The notes under the pieces were generated by a model. The model had not been told where the DNA came from. It saw only the letters and a program-made list of their open reading frames with translations, and searched no databases. The position numbers and the translations under genes are program-made. Shown here piece by piece: positions 17,587-24,679 of a DNA stretch of 35,838 bases (position 1 is the first letter of the stretch; each line of letters opens with the position of its first letter). The DNA lies in the NCBI GenBank assembly GCA_964245745.1, contig CAXTNQ010000009.1, positions 1 to 35,838 of the forward strand. Reading direction: 5' to 3'. This stretch comes from an uncultured Jatrophihabitantaceae bacterium. Lineage in GTDB: Bacteria; Actinomycetota; Actinomycetes; Mycobacteriales; Jatrophihabitantaceae.

Positions 17587-17735
17587 GAGTGACGGATCGA
17601 TATGCCGAGTGACGGACCCTGTGCCGTCACTCAGCCCGCTGCTCGGTCACTCGATCAGGTCTCCGTCACTCGATCAGATGCGGCGTCACACGATCAGGTG
17701 TCCGTCACTCGATCAGGTGAGGCGTCACCCGGTCC
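17587..17735. repeat. phased iteron-like array: two inverted plus six direct copies of GTCAC(T)CGATCAGGT at alternating 20/19-bp spacing
   Basis: GTCAC starts at 17626, 17646, 17665, 17685, 17704 and 17724 (spacings 20, 19, 20, 19, 20). The four central units are near-identical, and units 2+3 versus 4+5 form a 39-bp higher-order repeat. Reverse-complement cores CGAGTGAC occur at 17586 and 17606 (20-bp spacing). Confidence 0.9.
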
Positions 17736-17772
17736 CGCGGGAGACACGCCCACGTAGGGTGGCCGAGGAGCG

Positions 17773-17845
17773 GGGGCCGTAGCCCAAAGGCAGAGGCGAA
17801 CGGTTTAGGTCCGTTTCAGTGAGGGTTCGACTCCCTCCGGCCCCA
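17773..17845 (+). tRNA. 73-nt class-I (short variable loop) tRNA with anticodon UAG (Leu codon CUA); identity ambiguous
   Basis: Acceptor GGGGCCG/CGGCCCC, U8, D-arm GCC(C)-AAAGGCAG-(A)GGC. Anticodon stem AACGG/CCGTT with loop TT-TAG-GT. 5-nt variable loop TCAGT, T-arm GAGGG-TTCGACT-CCCTC, discriminator A. CCA is not encoded. Confidence 0.75.
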
Positions 17846-17917
17846 CTCGAGGACCTTCGGCAGAACGCCGGGGTGTTGTGCACGGCGGCCGCGCACGAAC
17901 CTCTACAGGCTGACCCG

Positions 17918-19453
17918 TCAGGACGCCAGAGCGCTGCGAATATCGTGCCCGACGGAGGTCAGACACTTGCCGTCGGTGAGCCGCCACTTCCACCCGTGCA
18001 TCTGGCAGGTCAGCACGTCACCTTCCACGGAGCCGAACCGCGACAGGTCCGCCTTCAGATGCGGGCAACGTCGCTGCACGTCCCAACCGTCGATCGTTAT
18101 CGACTCAGCGGCCTCGGCGGCGTTCTGCTCGGTGAACCAGCCCTCCGCATAGTTGAGCCGTTCCTCGGACAGGCACTTGAAGAACACGTAGACGAACTCG
18201 TTGTACGGGCCGACGCGTTGGGCAGAGAACCGGCAGGAGAGGAACAGCGAGTTCACCCAGTCGATCTCGTGCTCGGCGACCAGCTTCTCGAGGTAGGCGC
18301 GCCGCGTACGGAAGCGGTAGCGGACGTTTTCGTCCGTGTATTCACGGACCTCGCGGGCCACGAAGTCGATGAGTATGTCGACGTCACCCCGCGTGGCGTC
18401 CTCGGCGGTGAATCGCACGCCACCGTCGATGCCGGCCGCCACATGATCCGCTTCTTCGAGCAACGGCGTGAACCACTTGCCGAGCTCGGCCAGCAGATCG
18501 ATCTCGGGACGCGCCCACGTGGCCTTCTCGGCCTCGACCGCGGGCTGCTGGCGTCCCTGGTACCCCCGCAGATAGGCCGTCTTGTCCGCGAACACCCGAG
18601 CGGGATCGAAGGGATGCGTGACCAGGCACTCCTGCTCGACCGCGGCGACCGTACCGGGCAGCAGGAGCCGGCCTTCGTGGTGTCCATGCCCGGCCAGCCA
18701 GGAGAGGTATACCGACTGGTCCGGGAAGATGTTCGACTCGTCGCCGAAGATGTCGTTGAACCCCCACAGTTCCTCGTCCAGGAAGCACGGGGGACCCGCT
18801 GTCGGGAAGACGAAGCGCGCCCCGCACTCCTCGATGTAGCGCAGCGTGCGGTCGAACTGCCGTTCGCGCTTCTGGGCCCCGAGCGCCTGCTTGGCCCGCT
18901 TCGGTAGCTCGTACACCATCGGGAACCAGATGGCGCCGGAGAACTGCACGAGGTAGGAGTCGATCGGGCCGAGTGCGGTGAAGACGTTCAACGAGGACGG
19001 GCGAGCGTCGTTCTGGTTGAGCAGCCGCTGTTGTCCGTCGTACACCCACAGGGACGAGTCGCCGATCGGACCGTCGGTCGGGGAGACCAGCGACTGGATC
19101 ATGATGTGCAGCCCGTCGACCTCGACGATCTCCTCCGACTTCGGCGCTACGAAACGGTGAAACCCCAGGTCGCGCAGGGCGTCCTCGAGGTCGGACGGCG
19201 GGTTGTCGGGCTGGAGGACCGTGATGTCCTTATCGACGTAGCGGCGCAGGTGTTCGGGGTCGAAGTGATCATGATGAAGGTGGCTGACGAACAGGTAGTC
19301 GGCGCGGCCGTAGGCGTCCCAGTCCAACTGTGAGTTATCCGGAAACGGGAACCACGAGCCGAAGTACGCGGGGTTGACCCAGGGGTCGGTGAGGATGCTG
19401 CCGTGGGCGGTCTCGATCAGGACGCTGGCGTGGCCCAACCCGGTCAGTCGCAC
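17918..19453 (-). CDS. MBL-fold (metallo-beta-lactamase-like) / C-terminal Rieske [2Fe-2S] fusion protein
   Basis: Probable GTG start at 19453 (VRLTGLGHASVLIE...); the longer ORF would overlap the CHAT gene by 167 nt. HLHHDHFD metal motif. C-terminal Rieske ligands CPH...CQMH (RRCPHLKADL ... LTCQMHGWKW). Confidence 0.75.
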   Translation of the reverse strand: MRLTGLGHASVLIETAHGSILTDPWVNPAYFGSWFPFPDNSQLDWDAYGRADYLFVSHLHHDHFDPEHLRRYVDKDITVLQPDNPPSDLEDALRDLGFHRFVAPKSEEIVEVDGLHIMIQSLVSPTDGPIGDSSLWVYDGQQRLLNQNDARPSSLNVFTALGPIDSYLVQFSGAIWFPMVYELPKRAKQALGAQKRERQFDRTLRYIEECGARFVFPTAGPPCFLDEELWGFNDIFGDESNIFPDQSVYLSWLAGHGHHEGRLLLPGTVAAVEQECLVTHPFDPARVFADKTAYLRGYQGRQQPAVEAEKATWARPEIDLLAELGKWFTPLLEEADHVAAGIDGGVRFTAEDATRGDVDILIDFVAREVREYTDENVRYRFRTRRAYLEKLVAEHEIDWVNSLFLSCRFSAQRVGPYNEFVYVFFKCLSEERLNYAEGWFTEQNAAEAAESITIDGWDVQRRCPHLKADLSRFGSVEGDVLTCQMHGWKWRLTDGKCLTSVGHDIRSALAS

Positions 19454-19526
19454 CGGTCCACGGTAACGGCCGTTAGTCCGCCAACGGTGTTGACCCAGCG
19501 GACTCAGGCGAAGCGTGCGGCGCGCG

Positions 19527-22244
19527 TCATGAGGCTCGATCGCGAAGGAGCGGCGGGGCGAAGCCGGCGCCGAAGCACAGGAACCCGGCGGCCGTCGCGA
19601 TCCCGGCCGGCCCGGTGGCCGCCGTCTCGACCTGGGCGGCCGCCAGCGCGGCCGCGGGCGCCTCGCCGCGACCCAACCTCTCGTGCAGCGCATTCATCAG
19701 GGGACGGGTCTCGACGTCGAGGATTGGGAGCACCGACGCCACCAGTTGTGCACTCCCCTGGGCCAGCAACGTGGCCGTCAGCCCCAGCAGCTCGTCGCCC
19801 GACGGCACCACAGGACGACCGGAGTCGCAGGCGGCCACGACTACCGTGTGCGCGGCGCGGGGCAACCGCTCGAGGTCGTAGATCATCAGCGGCCCGTCGC
19901 TCAGCCGGATCGCGTCGAACTGCGGGTTGTCGGCTCGGACCCGCCCGTGCGCCGCGAGGTGAACGAGCGCGGCGCCGTCCATGGCCTGCAGGACCCGTCC
20001 CACCGTGGCGGCCCCGTCGGTCAACGCCGTGGCGTCGTGCCATCTGGCCACGTCGCGGGCTTCCTCGACCGCCGCCGGCAGGTCGGGGCCGGCGGCGACG
20101 ACGATCCGATCCGTGCCGGGCGCCCGCGACCGAGCGGCGTGCCACAACGTCGCCGACGGGCTTACCGTCACCGGACGTCCCGCACACGAGGGCAACGTCG
20201 ACCACGGGAGCCACTGCAGGCGTCCGGTCGGGACGATCACCAAGGACCGGTCGCCCAGCTCGGTGAGTGGGCAGATCATCAGCTGATCCAGTTCGCGTGC
20301 CGCCGCTTCGAGCAGCCGCCTCGCGGCCGTCAGCTCGGCCGGACGGGCTCGTCGACGGGCGAGGCGATGCAGCGCGAACGGCAACCGTTCGGCGAGCGAC
20401 GTCACGCGCGACACGGCGCCGAGTACGTGCAGGCGGGTGCGACCGTCCACGAGCGTCACCGCGTACAGGGTGTCGTCCAGGGCGACGTACTCGATCAGTG
20501 CCACATCGCCCAGGGCAGCGCGCAAACCGGAAACCGTGATCAAGGCCGCCGACTTGCCGCCCGCGACCCGCCGCCGGCGATACCGATCGCGGACGACGCG
20601 CTCGAGGTTGGCCTGCCGGGCCAGCAGAGTCGGGCTGGCTTCACCCTGGGCGCGCCGGTCCTCGACCTCGCGGATTACCGACCGCAGTTCGACGAGCCGT
20701 TCGGCGAGTTCAGGATCGTCGGGCGGCCGTCCGGGAGGCCGGGCCAGGTGGCTGGCGCGGCCCAGCTCCGCCCACGCCAGCACATCTCGGGCCGAGCCGT
20801 GCTCGATCGCGATGCGCGCGCCGAGGACGCTCAATTCGTTGCGGTGCGTCGCTACGTGAGCCCTGATGTCGGTCGCGCCGAGCACGGCGGCGTAGTCGTC
20901 GAGGATGCGTAGCCCGCGCCGGACCGCCCGCCGCGCGCCGGCGTCGTCGTCGTGCGCGCGGTGCAGCACGGCCGTGGCGTACCACGCTCGAGCGCGGACC
21001 GTCGCCGTGCCGTTCGTCCGGCTGCGGGCGGCCGCGCGCAGGAACCGTTCGGCGTCCGCCGGCCGACGACGCGTCAGGGCCGCCTCACCGGCTTGGATGC
21101 GGGCCTCGAGCGCGACGTGGGGCCACAGCCCGGAGGCGGCGGCGATGGTCTGCTCGAGGTGGCCGGTATCCGGCGCGCGTCCGGTGCCGACCAGGCGCAG
21201 CGTGATCACGATCAGGCGTGCGAGGGCCGCCAGCTGGCGTTGACCCTGGCGGTCCAGCTCCCGGGCGGCCGACCGAGCCTGGCCGAGGGCACCGTCCAGA
21301 TTGCCCTGCAACTGCCGCGTACGCGCCAGGATCAAGCGCGCTTCCGGCAGGATCGCGCCGCGTCCCTCGGTCAGACACGCCGCGACGGCACGTTCGGCGA
21401 CCTCGGACGCCTCGGCAATGAGTCGCGCCGAGAGCAAGAGCTCTGCCCGGTCGCGCAGTAACGGTCCGAGCTGAGCGCCGAGCTCGACGAAGCGGGCCCC
21501 GGCCCGGTCGAAGTACTCGAGGGCGGCCGGGATGTCGCCGCGCAGCACTTCGAGGTAGCCCAGGTTGTGGTCGACATGACCTTGGGAAAGCGCCGCGTCG
21601 GACTTCTCGAACAGCTCGCGCGCCTCCTGCAGGTCGGCGTCGGCGGCGCCGAAGCTCAGCAGGTGCGCGTGGGCGTTACCCCGGTTCATCAGCACCTTGC
21701 CGAGCCACACCGGGTCGTCCGCTTCGCGCAGCACCGCGATCGCCGCGCTGTAGTCCGGCACCGCCACCGCGATGCGCCCTTGCTGGTGCCGTACGACGCC
21801 ACGTAACGCGAGCGCGCGGGCGAGCTCCAGACCGTCGAGGACATCGACCGCTCGCCCGATCACGCGGACCGCCTCCGCTGATCGGCCGCGCCAGCTCAGC
21901 AGGTAGGCGAGGCTCATCCTGGCCTCGGCCTCGACCGTCGGCGAGCCGGCGCGGTGACCCCACCGGACCGCCTCTCGGGCCGCGCCCAAGGCAGCTTCGA
22001 CGTCGTCCAATTGGAACAACGCTAAGCCCTGCACCCGCGCGGCGATCGAATGCACGACAGCGTCCGACGTCGGCACCTGTAATGCGGTGGCCAGCTTGAG
22101 GGCGCGACGCGGGTCGGCGTCCACAAGGGTCAGGGCGTCACGCGCCTGCTGCTCCACGGACGTCGTCACGTACGGCCCTTCCCCTGCAGGTCGTTCACAG
22201 GCATTCTCCTGTATCAGGCGCGCCGACGCCTCCTCCTTGCCCAT
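19527..22244 (-). CDS. TPR-repeat protein with C-terminal CHAT (caspase-like) peptidase domain
   Basis: About 550 aa of helical TPR-like repeats, then a CHAT domain with a His/Cys dyad (ALVHLAAHGRV ... VVVAACDSGRP). No signal peptide or TM. Start is ATG 22244 (no SD) or GTG 22169 (preceded by GGGGAAGGG). Confidence 0.85.
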   Translation of the reverse strand: MGKEEASARLIQENACERPAGEGPYVTTSVEQQARDALTLVDADPRRALKLATALQVPTSDAVVHSIAARVQGLALFQLDDVEAALGAAREAVRWGHRAGSPTVEAEARMSLAYLLSWRGRSAEAVRVIGRAVDVLDGLELARALALRGVVRHQQGRIAVAVPDYSAAIAVLREADDPVWLGKVLMNRGNAHAHLLSFGAADADLQEARELFEKSDAALSQGHVDHNLGYLEVLRGDIPAALEYFDRAGARFVELGAQLGPLLRDRAELLLSARLIAEASEVAERAVAACLTEGRGAILPEARLILARTRQLQGNLDGALGQARSAARELDRQGQRQLAALARLIVITLRLVGTGRAPDTGHLEQTIAAASGLWPHVALEARIQAGEAALTRRRPADAERFLRAAARSRTNGTATVRARAWYATAVLHRAHDDDAGARRAVRRGLRILDDYAAVLGATDIRAHVATHRNELSVLGARIAIEHGSARDVLAWAELGRASHLARPPGRPPDDPELAERLVELRSVIREVEDRRAQGEASPTLLARQANLERVVRDRYRRRRVAGGKSAALITVSGLRAALGDVALIEYVALDDTLYAVTLVDGRTRLHVLGAVSRVTSLAERLPFALHRLARRRARPAELTAARRLLEAAARELDQLMICPLTELGDRSLVIVPTGRLQWLPWSTLPSCAGRPVTVSPSATLWHAARSRAPGTDRIVVAAGPDLPAAVEEARDVARWHDATALTDGAATVGRVLQAMDGAALVHLAAHGRVRADNPQFDAIRLSDGPLMIYDLERLPRAAHTVVVAACDSGRPVVPSGDELLGLTATLLAQGSAQLVASVLPILDVETRPLMNALHERLGRGEAPAAALAAAQVETAATGPAGIATAAGFLCFGAGFAPPLLRDRAS

Positions 22245-22284
22245 GCCGGAGGGATAAATCGCGACACTTGACCAGGAGACGGGC

Positions 22285-23619
22285 ATGGCCGAGACGACTC
22301 GACTCGCACTCGAGCACACCGACGACATCGTCGTCGCGCTGTCCCACTCCGACCTGGTCCTCGACGAGCTCGGACGGCTCGTCGAGATGGAGTTGCTTGC
22401 CGCGCCGCCTCACATGCGACACCACAGCGACCGCCTGGGCCTCGGCATGATCGAGCTGAAGTTCCGGCCTGATCCCGTCGTCACGTCGGCCGAAGGTGTG
22501 GCCGCGGTGTCGAGCTTCGGGGTCACCGAGGCGCTGGCCATGGTGCGCGAGTCGTGTCGGTACAAGTACCGCGGCTGGATGCCCACCATGGGCAAGAACC
22601 GAGTGGTCAGCGGCATCGCAGGTGAAGGTGGTTACCTGGCCGGAGGCGGTGGCTACCTCGCCGGCGGCGGTGGCTATCTAGCCGGAGGCGGCGGTTATCT
22701 CGCCGGCGGGGGTGGCTACCTGGCCGGAGGCGGCGGCTACCTCGCGGGTGGCGGCGGCTACCTGGCCGGTGGCGGCGGCTACCTCGCCGGAGGCGGCGGC
22801 GGCCTACCCGAACTCGCCGACCACGCACCCCGTCGTCCGCGCGGCGATCGTGGCCACGACGCGAAGATCGCGATCCTGGACGGTCCGATCTACCGCGGTA
22901 CGGCCGTGGCCGGCCACGTCGACTACGTCGGCAAGCAGCCGGCCAAGCGCGAGCCGATGCCGATGGGCGGTGGCCACGCCGTCTTCATCCTCGGCCTGGT
23001 GCAGGACGCGGCACCGGGGGCGCGGATCACCGTGCGACCGACGCTGGACCTGCATGCGGTGGCGACGGCGTGGGAGGTGGCCACCGCGATGGCCGACTGC
23101 GCCGACGGCGAAGTCGACGTCGTCAACCTCTCCCTCGGGTGCTACACGGTCGACAACGAGCCGCCGCTGCTGCTGCAGCGCGCCGTCGACCTGTTGAGCG
23201 CTCGCACGCTGGTCGTTGCCGCGGCCGGCAACCATCGCCAACCGCGTCACCCGCGCCCGTTCTGGCCCGCAGCGATGGAGAACGTCATCGCGGTCGGCGC
23301 TCGTGACGAGGACAACCGGCTCGCCACGTTCAGCCCACGCGCGCCGTGGGTCGACGTGACCGCGCCCGGCGTGCACGTGGTCAGCCAGTACCTCGACGGC
23401 AAGGTCGAGTTGGCGCCGCGCACCGAGCGCGACCCCGCGGAGATTGAGGAGTTTCCCGGCTACGCCCGGTGGCGCGGCACGTCGTTCGCGGCGGCCACGG
23501 TCACCGGCGAGATCGCCCGGCACATGACCGGCAAGCGCGACCCCCACAAGGCGCTCGAGCGCATGCTGGCGCAGCCGCACGAGGCCACGCCCGTCCGCCG
23601 CTACCACCACCACGCGTGA
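22285..23619 (+). CDS. cytoplasmic S8 (subtilisin-family) serine peptidase with about 112-aa N-terminal domain and (GGGGYLA)x8 linker
   Basis: ATG preceded by AGGAGA. Catalytic triad contexts AKIAILDG (Asp), GGGHAVFILG (His), GTSFAAATVTG (Ser); oxyanion AAAGNH. No signal peptide. Confidence 0.85.
   Translation: MAETTRLALEHTDDIVVALSHSDLVLDELGRLVEMELLAAPPHMRHHSDRLGLGMIELKFRPDPVVTSAEGVAAVSSFGVTEALAMVRESCRYKYRGWMPTMGKNRVVSGIAGEGGYLAGGGGYLAGGGGYLAGGGGYLAGGGGYLAGGGGYLAGGGGYLAGGGGYLAGGGGGLPELADHAPRRPRGDRGHDAKIAILDGPIYRGTAVAGHVDYVGKQPAKREPMPMGGGHAVFILGLVQDAAPGARITVRPTLDLHAVATAWEVATAMADCADGEVDVVNLSLGCYTVDNEPPLLLQRAVDLLSARTLVVAAAGNHRQPRHPRPFWPAAMENVIAVGARDEDNRLATFSPRAPWVDVTAPGVHVVSQYLDGKVELAPRTERDPAEIEEFPGYARWRGTSFAAATVTGEIARHMTGKRDPHKALERMLAQPHEATPVRRYHHHA
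22627..22803 (+). repeat. in-frame 21-bp tandem repeat x8 encoding GGGGYLA
   Basis: Tyr codons fall at 22633 plus 21n (n=0-7). Peptide units are identical, while codons vary synonymously (Tyr TAC/TAT, Leu CTG/CTC/CTA, Ala GCC/GCG, Gly GGT/GGC/GGA/GGG). Confidence 0.95.
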
Positions 23620-23624
23620 CACCG

Positions 23625-24221
23625 ATGCACGACGACCCGACCGTCATCACCCTCGTCCGCCGGGCGCAGGGTGGTGAGCAAGCCGCGTGGGACGAGATCG
23701 TCGAACGGTTCGCTCCTCTCGTGTGGGGCATCTGCCGGCGGTTTCGGCTCGCAGACACCGACGCGCACGACGTCGGTCAGAACGTCTGGCTACGACTGGT
23801 CGAGCACCTGGACAAGCTGCGCGAGCCGGCGGCGTTGCCGGGCTGGATCGCCACGACCACCCGTCGTGAATGCATTCGCGCGCAGCGGGCAGCGTGGGAT
23901 CACGAGCGCGAACAGATCGAGCCGGACGCCCAGGTTGCGGCCGACGAGGAATCCACGCAGGTCGACCAGTGGCTACTGGCGGACGAGCGGGACTCGGTGA
24001 TCCGGGCCGCGTTCGCGCAGTTGCAACCGCGCTGCCAACAATTGCTGGCGCTGTTGATGAAGGATCCGCCGCCGGCGTACACGGAGATCAGCACATCCCT
24101 GCACATGCCGGTCGGAGCGATCGGGCCGAACCGCGCCCGCTGCCTGGACAAACTGCGGCGCAGTCCCTTGCTGGCCGCGTTCATCGACAGCCGCTCCCCC
24201 GCGGCGGGAATGGGTCTGTGA
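23625..24221 (+). CDS. ECF-type sigma-70 family RNA polymerase sigma factor
   Basis: ATG lies 5 nt after the S8 stop. Region 2 (FAPLVWGICRRFRLADTDAHDVGQNVWLRLVEH) and region 4 HTH (YTEISTSLHMPVGAIGPNRARCLDKLR). Confidence 0.9.
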   Translation: MHDDPTVITLVRRAQGGEQAAWDEIVERFAPLVWGICRRFRLADTDAHDVGQNVWLRLVEHLDKLREPAALPGWIATTTRRECIRAQRAAWDHEREQIEPDAQVAADEESTQVDQWLLADERDSVIRAAFAQLQPRCQQLLALLMKDPPPAYTEISTSLHMPVGAIGPNRARCLDKLRRSPLLAAFIDSRSPAAGMGL

Positions 24222-24222
24222 C

Positions 24223-24675
24223 GTGACCGAGAACTGGTGGAGCGACGACGACACGTTCGCCGCTGCGGTGGCGACGGCCCTCACGCCCGTCCCCGAGAGC
24301 TTCGTCGGGGCGGCCAAGGCGGTGTTCACTTGGCACAACATCGACGCCGAGCTGGCTGCGCTGGTGTACGACTCCGCGCAGGACGCGCTGGCCGCGGCCG
24401 GCACACGAGCCGAACCGGCCTCGCTGCGCTCGCTGACCTTCGACGCCCAGCACGTCACCATCGAGCTCGAGATCATCGACGACGTACTGCACGGCCAGCT
24501 GGTGCCGGCCACCTCAGGGCAGATCGAGGTCCGTCCACTGCGGGGCGATCCGACCACGGTCGACGTCGACGATGTCGGGTACTTCACGGTGACCCCGCTG
24601 CCGCAGGGCCGGTTCCGGCTCTACTGCCAGCCCGCCGACGGCGAGGCCGTGCTGACCGACTGGATCACCCTGTAA
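24223..24675 (+). CDS. 150-aa soluble protein translationally coupled to the ECF sigma (candidate non-canonical anti-sigma/partner)
   Basis: GTG lies 1 nt after the sigma stop (TGA-C-GTG). N-terminal helix FTWHNIDAELAALVYDS. The C-terminal half is beta-rich (GYFTVTPLPQGRFRLYC). No HxxxCxxC motif and no TM. Confidence 0.6.
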   Translation: MTENWWSDDDTFAAAVATALTPVPESFVGAAKAVFTWHNIDAELAALVYDSAQDALAAAGTRAEPASLRSLTFDAQHVTIELEIIDDVLHGQLVPATSGQIEVRPLRGDPTTVDVDDVGYFTVTPLPQGRFRLYCQPADGEAVLTDWITL

Positions 24676-24679
24676 CGCG

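Noticed and set aside
17587-17735. The 19/20-bp repeat array as a CRISPR array.
   Set aside because: The units are contiguous with no unique spacers. The repeat length is below CRISPR range. Two copies are inverted. No cas genes are nearby.
17441-17782. A 113-aa ORF spanning the repeat array (translating to ...SLDQMRRHTIRCPSLDQVRRH...).
   Set aside because: The peptide periodicity simply mirrors the DNA repeat. There is no RBS, the codon bias is poor, and the ORF runs into the tRNA gene.
17773-19600. Integrated mobile element or prophage using the tRNA as an att site.
   Set aside because: No integrase, excisionase or transposase ORF was found. No duplicated copy of the tRNA 3' end is visible anywhere in the window.
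22678-23975. Enrichment of the rare Leu codon CTA in the S8 gene (22678, 22804) and the sigma gene (23790, 23973), as a bldA-like dependence on the adjacent tRNA(UAG).
   Set aside because: In-frame CTA codons also occur in unrelated genes here, such as DUF4142 (IVGLLVFG) and pxpB codon 11. The codon is therefore not rare enough in this genome for four occurrences to be meaningful without genome-wide codon statistics.
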